Shown: piece after piece, positions 47,200 through 57,159 of the stretch
How the letters are laid out: each line of letters begins with the position of its first letter
Numbering within the stretch: position 1 is the stretch's first letter
DNA from: a virus
Taxonomy: Duplodnaviria; Caudoviricetes
Length of the DNA stretch: 64,000 bases
Strand: one strand, 5' to 3'
IMG/VR virus record: IMGVR_UViG_3300029305_006500
Translations under genes and position numbers: made by a program
The notes under the pieces: model-generated
Seen by the model: the letters and a program-made list of their open reading frames with translations, nothing else
The model's database searches: none
What the model was told of the DNA's origin: nothing

Positions 47200-47580
47200 A
47201 TGAAATTTACAAACGGCTATGAACTCATCTATGAAAAAGATGGCAAATTTTTTGGAAGTGAAACTCGTGTGCCTACTGACACTGATACAGAGCTAAGTAT
47301 TACTCGTGAAGAAATTGAGGGTTATAAGCTCGTATATGTAAAAGATGATGCTATTTTAGGATCAACTACAGGCATTCCAGCAGAGGGAGATACAGTTCTA
47401 GTATCTGTTAATGAAACTGAGGAAGAAATTTCTACTGACGGCCCCAAAGATCCTGGAACTCTAGATGCCGGAGACTCAACAGAGGAAACTACTGAGCCCA
47501 CTGAACCTACTGAAACCGACTCAGAACCTGAAGTAACCGAACCTGAGGTGACCGAAGAGCCTACAGAAGTAGAAGAATAA
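47200..47580 (+). CDS. Small acidic protein with duplicated GY.L.Y.KD unit and TEPE tail
   Basis: AGGAG RBS; internal repeat. Confidence 0.65.
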   Translation: MKFTNGYELIYEKDGKFFGSETRVPTDTDTELSITREEIEGYKLVYVKDDAILGSTTGIPAEGDTVLVSVNETEEEISTDGPKDPGTLDAGDSTEETTEPTEPTETDSEPEVTEPEVTEEPTEVEE

Positions 47581-47603
47581 TTAAAAATTAATTATAAATT
47601 ATT

Positions 47604-47613
47604 CGCTAAATTA
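47604..47613 (+). promoter_or_regulatory. Putative late promoter CGCTAAATTA
   Basis: Motif upstream of the protease/capsid operon. Confidence 0.7.
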
Positions 47614-47662
47614 TTTGATAAATAAAGTATTATTTTGAAAAGACTAGATGGGAGACATACAA

Positions 47663-49537
47663 ATGGAGTCTAAAAATACAAAAGTTTTAGAAGCCTTACA
47701 AATGCAACCACTGTCTGAGGAAGAAAAAACTCGTCGTCATATTCTTGGGCGACTTTGGGGACCTATTGCAACATCAAAAGAGAAGACACGTAATGGTAGA
47801 GGTTATAATGCTGAACTGTGGCGTAAAGCCTTAGCTGATGAAATCTTTTGTGAGAAAGTTGCAAATAAAAGTTTATTTCTTGAGCTAGGCCATCCAATAG
47901 ACCGAGAAGAAACTGATATGAGAATGGTCTGTGCATGTATTCCAGAATTACCTAAAGTAATTGATGGTGATTTATATGCATATGTAGATATTTTAGATAC
48001 TAAAGACGGCCGACTCCTAAAAACACTTTGTGATTATGGATTTATCCCAGGTATTAGCTCTCGAGGCTCTGGTGATATTATGGCCAATGATGACGTTGAC
48101 CCTGAAACATTCTTCTTAGAGACCTGGGATATTGTACAGCTTCCAGCTGTTAAAAAGGCTAGACTAGCAGTATGTGAATCTTTAAGTAATAAGAAAACAC
48201 TTTCTACTGCACTTCGTGAATCTCTTGCAGAGATGACAGACGATGATAGAAAAGAGGCTCAGGCAACTTTAGAGCGCCTTGATTTGAATATTGATTTTGA
48301 GGATGATGCTGATATTCCTTGGATTCCAGGAGAAGAGCCTTTAATAGAGGATACCGAGGAAATTGAGCCTGTATTAGATCCTACTGATACAGAAAAAGAG
48401 CCTTCTAAGGAAGAAGAGCCTGAAGAGGAAGGGCTAGAAGAAGCAGCTAAAACTGAAACAGATAGTGAAGAGACTGATATAGAAGAAATAGAAGCTACTG
48501 ATGCGGAGGAAGTTGAAACTGAAGTTGATGAAGACTCAGATCTTACTATTGGCGCTTTAGTTGATAACTTCTCTGAGTTTGATAAAGACCTTGCTGTGGA
48601 ATTTGACCCTATAGAAATTGACAAGAATGTTCTAACTATTACTGAAGTTGTTCTTGACGATGAAGAGGAAGGCAAGGTAAAGATTAGTTTTAATTATAAC
48701 TTGGAAACAAGTGATAATAAAGAAACGGATATAGAATCCGAAGCAAATAAAGAAGAAAGTTCACCAGAAGAAAACCAACCTGAAGCAGACGATGCTTCTG
48801 AAGAGGCCATTGATGATGGAGATGAGGAAGTTATTGAAAGCCTAAAGGAAATGGTACGTCAAAAGGATGCACTTGAAGAAGAAGTCTTGTCCCTTAAAGG
48901 TCGACAGACAGTCAGCGATGCCGAAGTTGAGAGATTAAAAGAGGAACTTCAAAAGTACAAGACTGGTTTTATGAGAGTGAGCGAACTTGCATCTAAATCT
49001 AATAAGCTACAAAAAGAGGTCACAAGCCTTACTGAGCAGCTTAATGCTAAAGATGAAACTATTCGTGGCCTTGAAACAAAGGCAAAAGTTAAGTTAACTG
49101 AAGGTCTTGAAAAGACTAATAAAGAAGTAAAGACGCTTCAGGAACGTTTAATTACTGTGCAAAATGAGGCGGAAGCTACTGAGCAAGAACTTAGGGAGCA
49201 GGTAGAAGTAGCACGTAAAAATACACGTGATGCAACAACTGTGGCCAAAGCATATAAGCAAAAGTATATCGCCGTAGTTGAACACTACATTGCCTCTAAA
49301 GCAACAATGCTCGGAGTGAGCACGCGTGATATAACTAGTAAACTTCATGAGGGTTATACCCTCGAGGATGTTGACCAGGTTTGCGAAACACTCCTCGCTG
49401 CTGGAAGACCAGCATTTGGATTAGGTATCGGAGCACAAGGTACACCTAAAATTAAGCTAAAAGAATCTGTAACTCAACAGTATACTGGAGGCTATGATAT
49501 TGACGATGACTTGCTAGAGCTCGCTGGCCTAAAATAA
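47663..49537 (+). CDS. Prohead protease (gp21-like) fused to acidic/coiled-coil scaffold (gp22-like)
   Basis: NGRGY, ELGHP, GISSRGSG, WDIV..P; long coiled coil; ends LLELAGLK. Confidence 0.85.
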   Translation: MESKNTKVLEALQMQPLSEEEKTRRHILGRLWGPIATSKEKTRNGRGYNAELWRKALADEIFCEKVANKSLFLELGHPIDREETDMRMVCACIPELPKVIDGDLYAYVDILDTKDGRLLKTLCDYGFIPGISSRGSGDIMANDDVDPETFFLETWDIVQLPAVKKARLAVCESLSNKKTLSTALRESLAEMTDDDRKEAQATLERLDLNIDFEDDADIPWIPGEEPLIEDTEEIEPVLDPTDTEKEPSKEEEPEEEGLEEAAKTETDSEETDIEEIEATDAEEVETEVDEDSDLTIGALVDNFSEFDKDLAVEFDPIEIDKNVLTITEVVLDDEEEGKVKISFNYNLETSDNKETDIESEANKEESSPEENQPEADDASEEAIDDGDEEVIESLKEMVRQKDALEEEVLSLKGRQTVSDAEVERLKEELQKYKTGFMRVSELASKSNKLQKEVTSLTEQLNAKDETIRGLETKAKVKLTEGLEKTNKEVKTLQERLITVQNEAEATEQELREQVEVARKNTRDATTVAKAYKQKYIAVVEHYIASKATMLGVSTRDITSKLHEGYTLEDVDQVCETLLAAGRPAFGLGIGAQGTPKIKLKESVTQQYTGGYDIDDDLLELAGLK

Positions 49538-49572
49538 CTTATATAATTTATAATAAAATAGGAGAAATTAAA

Positions 49573-50892
49573 ATGAGACAGAACCTACTTGAAACTTATT
49601 CAAGACAGCTTAAGGTTGCTGAAGCTTATGTCGCTAAGAATTTCGACGGTAAGGCAATCTCTGCTAATACACAGCTTACTACTGCTGTACTTTTAGACAA
49701 TACTAATCGTTGGATGACTGAGAGCATGAATCTAGACAACAGTCTTGCAGCTACTCAGAGATCTGACCTCGGCGCTTGGAAGAAGTTCTGCTTGAACCTC
49801 ACCAATATCGCTGTTCCTTCCCTTATTGCTAACGATCTTGTTATCGTTCATCCTATGACTTCTTACTCTGGATCTGTTGCATATCTAAAATATGTAGCGC
49901 TTACCGATAAGAACGGTATGCAGGGTAGAGAGCTTAGCAGCGTATTCGGCCTTGGAGAGATGGACGAAGCTCGTATGAACTACACCTCTCAGGTTGTAGT
50001 TGAGACTGGCGCTACTCCTGCTCTCACTGTTAAGACTAACGGTATTCAGTATATTGCTGAAAATGGTCTTGACGTTCTTTATGCTGACGTTAAAGCTATT
50101 ATGGCTGACGGCTCCATTCAGTATGTAAAGGTTGACGCTATTCCTACTGATGCTGCTAAAATTGCTTACGTATCTGAAGAGTTCCAGATGACCAATATTC
50201 CTGCAAAAGAGATTCCTACTATCGGTCCTAAGATGGAAAGAATTCCTCTCGTTGCAGAGCCTCGTAGAATTGCTGTAAGATATGACCAGATCACTGCTTT
50301 CCAGGCTAAGACCGATTACGGCTTCTCTCTTGACAAGCAGATCGCTGAGCAGGCTTGCGGTGAGCTTGCATATGAAATTGACACTGAAATCGTTGATATG
50401 CTTTATAAGGCTGCTTTCGATCATGCAGAAATTCTTGAGTGGTCTAAGACCCTCCCTGTTGGCGTTAGCAAGTTCGAGCACTACAATGGCTTCCTTGAAG
50501 TTATTGAAGAGGCTAAGGCTGTTATCTACAACAGAACACGTAAGTTCCATCCTAACTACATGGTAATCGGTTCCAACGTTCTCCCCGTTCTTCGTTTCGT
50601 TAACGGCTTCTCTGCTGTTAAGAACGCTAAGATGAATGGTCCTTACAAAGTTGGTACTCTTGATGGACTTGATGTTTATGTATCTCCTGCTATCGGCCGT
50701 AACGAGTTCTTCCTCGGCTTGAATGGTAGCGACATGATGTCCAGTGCTGGTGTGTATGCACCCTATATGGCAATCGTTCCTACTCAGCTTCTTGGAACTC
50801 CTGATGGAGGAATGGCCCAGGGCTTCAGTACTTGGTATGCTAAAGCTCTTCTTAACAAGAACCTTCTTGTTGCAGGACGTATTGCTGACTAA
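49573..50892 (+). CDS. Major capsid protein (T4 gp23-like)
   Basis: PSLIANDLVIVHPM, EIDTEI, YAPY; strongly biased high-expression codons. Confidence 0.92.
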   Translation: MRQNLLETYSRQLKVAEAYVAKNFDGKAISANTQLTTAVLLDNTNRWMTESMNLDNSLAATQRSDLGAWKKFCLNLTNIAVPSLIANDLVIVHPMTSYSGSVAYLKYVALTDKNGMQGRELSSVFGLGEMDEARMNYTSQVVVETGATPALTVKTNGIQYIAENGLDVLYADVKAIMADGSIQYVKVDAIPTDAAKIAYVSEEFQMTNIPAKEIPTIGPKMERIPLVAEPRRIAVRYDQITAFQAKTDYGFSLDKQIAEQACGELAYEIDTEIVDMLYKAAFDHAEILEWSKTLPVGVSKFEHYNGFLEVIEEAKAVIYNRTRKFHPNYMVIGSNVLPVLRFVNGFSAVKNAKMNGPYKVGTLDGLDVYVSPAIGRNEFFLGLNGSDMMSSAGVYAPYMAIVPTQLLGTPDGGMAQGFSTWYAKALLNKNLLVAGRIAD

Positions 50893-50905
50893 TTAAACTT
50901 AATAC

Positions 50906-50938
50906 ATAAAGGCTTCTTCGGAAGCCTTTATTTTTTTT
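50906..50938 (+). terminator. Intrinsic terminator with UUCG tetraloop
   Basis: ATAAAGGCTTC-TTCG-GAAGCCTTTAT plus T tract. Confidence 0.9.
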
Positions 50939-50978
50939 ATCTATAAAAATATTTTGCTGATAATCTCTTCTTTTTATT

Positions 50979-50988
50979 TGCTAAATTA
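50979..50988 (+). promoter_or_regulatory. Putative late promoter TGCTAAATTA
   Basis: Motif match. Confidence 0.7.
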
Positions 50989-51026
50989 ATTGATAAGTTC
51001 GCCGATAAGGAGGAAAACAACGCTAG

Positions 51027-51740
51027 ATGAAAACAATTGACGTTGTTGAAGAGATTAAACTCGAGCTCACAGGTGGCTTACTAGATCTAGAAATTGAAGA
51101 TGTACAAATAGAGTTAGCAATTAAGAAAGCTTTAAGAGAATTACAACGCTATTGGGATGAATCTTCTTTTGTTACCGTACCTTTTGAATCTTGTATAGAC
51201 CTTAAAAAATACCAACTAGATTCTTGCGCGATAGTTAAGGTATATAGAATGGATGGTATGGGAGAAGGTGGTAATAGTCTTAATGCTATGTCTGACCCAC
51301 TATATGCACAACAATTTATGATTTTTAGTAATGCTGGTACGATGTTTAACCTTCAGGATTATATTATGAATTTTGCTGCTTGGACAACCATGCAACAAAC
51401 AAGAAATACTATTTCTACTGATTTATCATTTAGAGAGGATAAACATAATCATAAACTTTATATTAATAGTATGTCTTCCCCAGGTTATATTACTATTGAA
51501 TTTATTCCAAAACTTGCGTCTGTGGAAGATATTCAAAGTGATTACTGGCAAGATATATTAATAAGATTAAGTACTGCACTTGTTAAAGTTGTTCTCGGGC
51601 GAATTAGAACACGCTTCAGCCAATCTAATGCGCTCTGGACACAAGATGGAGACAAGATGCTTGAAGAAGGAAATACGGAGCTAAAAGAGCTACGTGAATT
51701 ATTAAGAACAAATTCAAATTTGGTATATGGAATTGAGTAA
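51027..51740 (+). CDS. Neck/head-tail adaptor (gp13-like)
   Basis: LEIEDVQI..AI..AL, ALVK..LGRIR..F, DGDKMLEEG. Confidence 0.7.
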   Translation: MKTIDVVEEIKLELTGGLLDLEIEDVQIELAIKKALRELQRYWDESSFVTVPFESCIDLKKYQLDSCAIVKVYRMDGMGEGGNSLNAMSDPLYAQQFMIFSNAGTMFNLQDYIMNFAAWTTMQQTRNTISTDLSFREDKHNHKLYINSMSSPGYITIEFIPKLASVEDIQSDYWQDILIRLSTALVKVVLGRIRTRFSQSNALWTQDGDKMLEEGNTELKELRELLRTNSNLVYGIE

Positions 51741-51752
51741 GGAGAATAAATA

Positions 51753-53402
51753 ATGGAAAAAGAAACTGTTACAATGTTTGACTTGGAAGCAGCTTTTAAA
51801 GCATTAGATGAGATTGATATTCCCAGTGTATCTGGTAAGGGTCGCTGCATAGCAAATCGCATAAATTTATCAGAAAGACTTCAAGCAAAAGCTGCCCATG
51901 AAGTCCTAGTTGAGGATTATTTTGATGTTAATAATCCTGAGGAACTTGACGCTGCCAAAGAGGAGAGAGAAGCAGAAGTAGCAAAAGCAAAACTAGCACG
52001 TATAGAGAAAATTGTGGATCTTGACGCAGAAACAGAAGACGATATTTTACCTTCTTATGTAGGAAAAGTAATTATGCAGTGTCCTCAATGTATGACTCTA
52101 TTTTATAAAAATGAGGAAGATATTGAAACATCTGAAGAAACTCCAGAAGTGGTTAATATTAATGAAGTTTGCCAACATTGTGGTAATACATCTGGCTACA
52201 CCCTTATTGGAAAAGTTGGTGGAATTGAAGCTGATGAAGCTGCAAACTTTGACACCGATGAGGTAGACCTAGATGAAAATGAGCTAGATCTTGATTTTCC
52301 AGAAGAAGGAACCGAAGAAGTAGATGCTGAAGGTACTGGCGATGGTGCAGAAGAAATATCTGACGAAGAATTAGACGATTTAGACCTTGACTTAGATTTT
52401 GAAGAGGAAGAAGAGGAAGAAGTAGAGGAATCTCTACATAATTCAAAGCTTCTTAAAGACATAGAAAATAAGAACGATTTAAAGACAGAAGAAAATTCGG
52501 AGCATCTTACTTTAAATGAAGAGGTTGAAGCCCAGGAAGAACAAAAAGAAGAAGTAGAAGAATCTTTACATAATTCAGAAGCTCTTGAGGATGCTGAAAA
52601 TAAAAGTGATTTAAAATCTGAGATTGAATCAGATAATCTTACACTTAATGAAGAGGTAACGGATAAGCCTGAGGAAGAGCCAGAAGAACCTATTGAAGAA
52701 GGTATTGGAGATTGGTACCGTAAAACTTTTGATAAGCCAGCCTCTATATCTACTCAGCAGTCCTGGGAAGATGAGCTTAATGGTGAATATGGAGAAATAA
52801 GTGACGAGCGTAGAGCAGAGCTAGAAAAAAAATTTGCTCAGCAAAGAGACTGGGAAGCTAGACATACTACAACACCAGAAGCTGCTCCAGAAAAAGAGAA
52901 AGAACTTGCTAGCATTACCCAGGAAGGTTTATCTGAAGAAACTCCTATCACTGAAGATGCTTATGATAAGCTATTTAATGAGTTGTGGTCTGGAAAACAG
53001 CCTACTGATGCAGAAACTCAGGAAATTTTAGATGGTCCTATATTTAGCGAATCTTTTGAAGAGGCAGAAGATTTAGATGAAGAATCCATTAATAAGCATT
53101 TAACTGAGTATCTCACTGCCGTCTATTCCAATGTATCAGGTTTTGAAGCAACTGGTTGCAGTTTGAATAAAAATAACCTCATTTTAGAGGGTAAAATTAA
53201 ATTTAATAGCGGAAAAGAGAAGTCTACTAAATTTATATTTGAATCTACAGATAGAGGCCTTGTAGGTAGTAATAAAGATTTTGCTACACATGAAGCTTTT
53301 AGGCTCTCCACAAAAATTAAAGATAAAGTAATTATGACTGAAAGCCTTAAATATTGTTATAAAGTTGACGGAAATCTAGTAAAAGGAGATACACAGAAAT
53401 AA
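51753..53402 (+). CDS. Acidic protein with Zn ribbon and 44-aa internal duplication
   Basis: CPQC...CQHC; EESLHNS...LTLNEEV twice. Confidence 0.7.
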   Translation: MEKETVTMFDLEAAFKALDEIDIPSVSGKGRCIANRINLSERLQAKAAHEVLVEDYFDVNNPEELDAAKEEREAEVAKAKLARIEKIVDLDAETEDDILPSYVGKVIMQCPQCMTLFYKNEEDIETSEETPEVVNINEVCQHCGNTSGYTLIGKVGGIEADEAANFDTDEVDLDENELDLDFPEEGTEEVDAEGTGDGAEEISDEELDDLDLDLDFEEEEEEEVEESLHNSKLLKDIENKNDLKTEENSEHLTLNEEVEAQEEQKEEVEESLHNSEALEDAENKSDLKSEIESDNLTLNEEVTDKPEEEPEEPIEEGIGDWYRKTFDKPASISTQQSWEDELNGEYGEISDERRAELEKKFAQQRDWEARHTTTPEAAPEKEKELASITQEGLSEETPITEDAYDKLFNELWSGKQPTDAETQEILDGPIFSESFEEAEDLDEESINKHLTEYLTAVYSNVSGFEATGCSLNKNNLILEGKIKFNSGKEKSTKFIFESTDRGLVGSNKDFATHEAFRLSTKIKDKVIMTESLKYCYKVDGNLVKGDTQK

Positions 53403-53403
53403 C

Positions 53404-53427
53404 TGGTGAGCTTAATTAAGCTCACCA
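53404..53427. repeat. Perfect 24-bp palindrome
   Basis: TGGTGAGCTTAATTAAGCTCACCA; no T tract. Confidence 0.8.
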
Positions 53428-53450
53428 CCCTATTTAGAAAGGAGCAAAAT

Positions 53451-53963
53451 ATGTCTAATAGGCTGTCTAATGATTACGGAATGCTCTTAAATAAAGATAT
53501 AAAATTACATAGGCTTTATTTTAAACAAATGGTTAAGCTATTAGGAATTAATTGTCAGTATCAAGCTCCAATGAATAACAAAACCTTTAATAAGCTAGGA
53601 GACCTTGAAACTGATTATTATCCTCCTAACACAGTTGGATGTATATTTCAAGAGCATCCTGACCAAAAAACTCTAAGAAAAATGGGTTGGGTAGCAGAGC
53701 TACAAGAAGGATCTTCTATTATTCATGTACCTTATGACCTACAAGACCTCCAAGTCGGAGCGCTATTTGAGATACCCAGTGGAATAGATAATGCTCCTCC
53801 TAGACTCTTTAGAGTTATTAGTATGCAAAATATTATGATATATCCTGCATCCATTGCTTGTGAAATTGCTCCAGAATATAAAACATCTGACGAGCTTGTA
53901 AGTACACGAGATTTCTCTAAGACAAACTTTAATATGCTAGTTGATTTGGAGGAGGATGACTGA
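53451..53963 (+). CDS. Head closure protein (gp14-like), tentative
   Basis: E/Q-M...G..C.Y pattern, position in the neck cluster. Confidence 0.5.
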   Translation: MSNRLSNDYGMLLNKDIKLHRLYFKQMVKLLGINCQYQAPMNNKTFNKLGDLETDYYPPNTVGCIFQEHPDQKTLRKMGWVAELQEGSSIIHVPYDLQDLQVGALFEIPSGIDNAPPRLFRVISMQNIMIYPASIACEIAPEYKTSDELVSTRDFSKTNFNMLVDLEEDD

Positions 53964-54289
53964 TGTTCTTTCGGGTTCATAGTACAAGTCCTAAAGCAGA
54001 TTTAGCAATTTATCGCACAAAAAGACAAGCATATCTCAAATTAGCTTTGTTTAGATTCGGTATTACAGAAACTTTACTGTCTCGTTACCTGCAAGAAAAT
54101 TATAATATGACGCTAAAAGTAGCTTGTAAAGCTATTTTACAAAATGCCCAATATAATTTAAATCTGGATCAAGATTTAATTATAACAATACCCGATCCAG
54201 AACTGAATAAAATTGCAAAATTAATCACTTATGGTACCGGCAGGCTGGCCGGCAGCCATATACTTAGAGAAGTGTGGAAAATAAATTAG
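53963..54289 (+). CDS. Hypothetical virion-assembly protein
   Basis: TGATG-coupled; LITYGT motif. Confidence 0.55.
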   Translation: MFFRVHSTSPKADLAIYRTKRQAYLKLALFRFGITETLLSRYLQENYNMTLKVACKAILQNAQYNLNLDQDLIITIPDPELNKIAKLITYGTGRLAGSHILREVWKIN

Positions 54290-54298
54290 GAGATTACT

Positions 54299-54964
54299 AT
54301 GGCTATTCATTATTATGATGACTTAGTTACTGAAAAGCTAAGAAAGTGGCTACCTGAGGCTACTACTTTAAGAATATTGCATCCTGATGAGTCAAAACGA
54401 TTTTTTGAACTAACCGCTGATGACAGGAAAGACCAAGCATTCCAGCTTCCTTTAATTGCCTTATCCCGTCGCGATGAGTTAGAGCTTTTAAGCACTGTAA
54501 AAAGTCCAAAATCCTATGATGGCTTAAGATTAATTCCGCTAGATACTCCAGAAAACCTTGAAGACCTAAAGGGTGAAGCTTATACAAAAGCTAAAGGAGC
54601 GATGCCTGCTGGAATTTTTACTTACAATGTGTTACCGATAAGACCAGAGTATCAATTAGATATTTATACTAAAACAGCTGAAGAATGTGAAGAATATGTA
54701 AGAAATTTTTTATTCAAACTCATTAATAATCCAATGATGAGAATAGAAATTCCTTATAATGACTTAAAGATCGAGCATACTACTTATCTTCGCATTTTGC
54801 CAAATATAGCTAATACTAGTGCAGTCGCCGAAAGGCTATTCAGTGGGCAGTTTACAAGATGGACAATACAATTTGAATTACAAGATGCTTTCTTATTTAG
54901 CATACCTTATAAGAAAAACTGGCGAATCACTGACTCTGAAGTTGAAGCTAGCGAGGCACTTTAA
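54299..54964 (+). CDS. Tail terminator/sheath stabiliser (gp15-like), tentative
   Basis: LPLIALSR, P....YQLDIYT; directly upstream of sheath. Confidence 0.55.
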   Translation: MAIHYYDDLVTEKLRKWLPEATTLRILHPDESKRFFELTADDRKDQAFQLPLIALSRRDELELLSTVKSPKSYDGLRLIPLDTPENLEDLKGEAYTKAKGAMPAGIFTYNVLPIRPEYQLDIYTKTAEECEEYVRNFLFKLINNPMMRIEIPYNDLKIEHTTYLRILPNIANTSAVAERLFSGQFTRWTIQFELQDAFLFSIPYKKNWRITDSEVEASEAL

Positions 54965-54993
54965 AAGAAATATTAGAATAATTTTAAAATATA

Positions 54994-55003
54994 TGCTAAA
55001 TTA
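54994..55003 (+). promoter_or_regulatory. Putative late promoter TGCTAAATTA
   Basis: Motif upstream of sheath. Confidence 0.7.
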
Positions 55004-55066
55004 ATTGAGATGTTGAGAAACAACAAATTAAAAATTTATATAAACTATATAAAGGAGATTTAATCA

Positions 55067-57136
55067 ATGCCAAAAATTGTCATTAATGAATATGACTTAT
55101 CTAAAGCCGGCACAGTGCCTTACGAGAATTTCTCAGTCGTAGTACCAGGCTTCCTAGCTGAAGATAAGTATACTCTTGTTGTAGACAAAAAAGCAGAGTA
55201 CGATGGGGAAACACTTACAAGCCCTGCTAAAACTCATTATGAGCTAAGCGCAGAGGCTAAAGCAGTATTTGATGAAAATGGTATTTATGAATGTAGCAGT
55301 CAGCTTGATTTTGAGAATAATGTAGGTAAAAGGTCTGCCACCTTCACATCAATATCTACTGCAACAGAACCAACAGCTCCTGTAATTGATACTGTTCTAA
55401 AATTGAATACAGAGCTTAATACAGAATACAAAGAGTATGCACAGGCAAAAGACGAAAATGGAAATCTTTTGTGGGAAGATGATGAAAAGACTATTCCTAA
55501 ATATGACCTTGATAACCTTATAAATGAGTTTAAAACTGACAAGAATGTTTTAGTTACTGAGACCACAGATGCCGAGGGCAATGTTATTAAAACTACTATA
55601 GAGTATCTTAATCCAGATGATTTTACACAGGCATATAATGCAGCGCTTTATGGCGTTAAGCCTGATAAAGACAATCCTATTCCTGAAATTCCAGAAGCTG
55701 AGTCAGAAGGTGATCCTGATTTTAAGGTATACTATACTAAAAAAGCTTCCAGTCTAAATGTAGGCGAGCTCAAAACAAAAACTCGTAAGTATATTGAGGT
55801 AGTCAAAGCAGAGACTGGCGCAGTTATGTTGCCAGATGCTGATGAAGCAGCAGAAACTGAAACTCTTGAGTTACAGACTCTTGAAATTCCCACAGAAACT
55901 ACATACTATATTATTTCAACAGATAATGTAGGTGCAAATGGAGCATATGTAGGCGATAGAGTTTCCCACTATGGTAACCAGATGGCTTATGAGCTTCTTG
56001 GCCTTGGATATACTGTTCTTTTTAAAGCTATGGTGCCTCTTACTGAAGAAGAGTTAGCTGATAAGGAAAAGAAAGCAAATAAAGCAGACGCTGACGGTGT
56101 TTCTTATTTGAAGGCGGAGGATAGCGCAGTAGCCCAGATTAATGATGGTGACTTCTGGGAATGCCTAAAAGATAAATCTACCTATGATTTCCGTTATCTT
56201 GTAACAGGTCTTCTTACAAATAATGATATGGCGAACAAGTGTATTCTTGAGGTTGCTGACCACTCTGAAGAAGTTCTTTTAGATGATGCTTCTATGCAAG
56301 ACGGACGTGGAGACTGTATTGCACTTATTGATCTAGATAGTGCTACTTATGAAGGTAAAACTCAAGTTAAAGCTATTCCAGATATGGCAAAAGAAGCTGC
56401 TGAATGGGCAAGTGCTTATGCAGCTGTGTTCGCACCTTATGTAACATATCTAATGAGTGATGACCCTGTTTATAATAATAAAACTTTCCCTGCATCCTTC
56501 CATTATCTTGCATGTGCTGCAAACTCTTCTAATAACAACTTTAATGAATGGTACGCAAATGCAGGTTATACAAGAGGTGTAGCTAAGTATACAATCGAAT
56601 CTACCGGTTGCAAGTTTGGTGAGGCTGCAATTCAAGCTCTTGAACCTAGATTTATGATCAAAGTTGGTAAAGAGCTTAATGAAAGAGGAACTGCTTACAA
56701 TGACATTAATACTGTTGTTGCAATCAACCTAATTGCAAAAATTAAGAGTAGCTATTATCTCTGGGGTAATAGAACTGGTAAAAAGCTAGGTACACGTGGC
56801 GCTGCAGACGGTGACCTCAAAGCTCAAGACTTCTTGAACATTCGTCAGCTTTGCTGCACTATTAAAAAGCAAGTATATACAACATGTCGTAGATTGACAT
56901 TTGATCCAAATAGCAATAACCTTTGGATCAATTTCCGCAGTCTCTTGACTCCTATGCTTGAAGAAATGAAAGCAGATCAGGGAATTAAGGATTACAAGTT
57001 TGTTAAGAATGATACTGATCGTAAGGCTCTACTTTCTGCTAAGATTCGTATCGTACCGATTGAAGCAGTTGAAGACTTCGACATTGGTATTTACCTCGAA
57101 GACACTCTTGATGAAGTTGCTTTAACTGAAGCTTAA
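55067..57136 (+). CDS. Contractile tail sheath protein
   Basis: MPKIVINEYDLS, RGDCIALID, WYANAGYTRG, WGNRT, LNIRQL, FDPN. Confidence 0.9.
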   Translation: MPKIVINEYDLSKAGTVPYENFSVVVPGFLAEDKYTLVVDKKAEYDGETLTSPAKTHYELSAEAKAVFDENGIYECSSQLDFENNVGKRSATFTSISTATEPTAPVIDTVLKLNTELNTEYKEYAQAKDENGNLLWEDDEKTIPKYDLDNLINEFKTDKNVLVTETTDAEGNVIKTTIEYLNPDDFTQAYNAALYGVKPDKDNPIPEIPEAESEGDPDFKVYYTKKASSLNVGELKTKTRKYIEVVKAETGAVMLPDADEAAETETLELQTLEIPTETTYYIISTDNVGANGAYVGDRVSHYGNQMAYELLGLGYTVLFKAMVPLTEEELADKEKKANKADADGVSYLKAEDSAVAQINDGDFWECLKDKSTYDFRYLVTGLLTNNDMANKCILEVADHSEEVLLDDASMQDGRGDCIALIDLDSATYEGKTQVKAIPDMAKEAAEWASAYAAVFAPYVTYLMSDDPVYNNKTFPASFHYLACAANSSNNNFNEWYANAGYTRGVAKYTIESTGCKFGEAAIQALEPRFMIKVGKELNERGTAYNDINTVVAINLIAKIKSSYYLWGNRTGKKLGTRGAADGDLKAQDFLNIRQLCCTIKKQVYTTCRRLTFDPNSNNLWINFRSLLTPMLEEMKADQGIKDYKFVKNDTDRKALLSAKIRIVPIEAVEDFDIGIYLEDTLDEVALTEA

Positions 57137-57159
57137 TTTTAGAAAGGAGAACCTAACAT

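Noticed and set aside
49885-50550. 221-aa antisense ORF within the capsid gene
   Set aside because: Shadow of strong codon bias in the sense gene; no RBS or recognisable motifs
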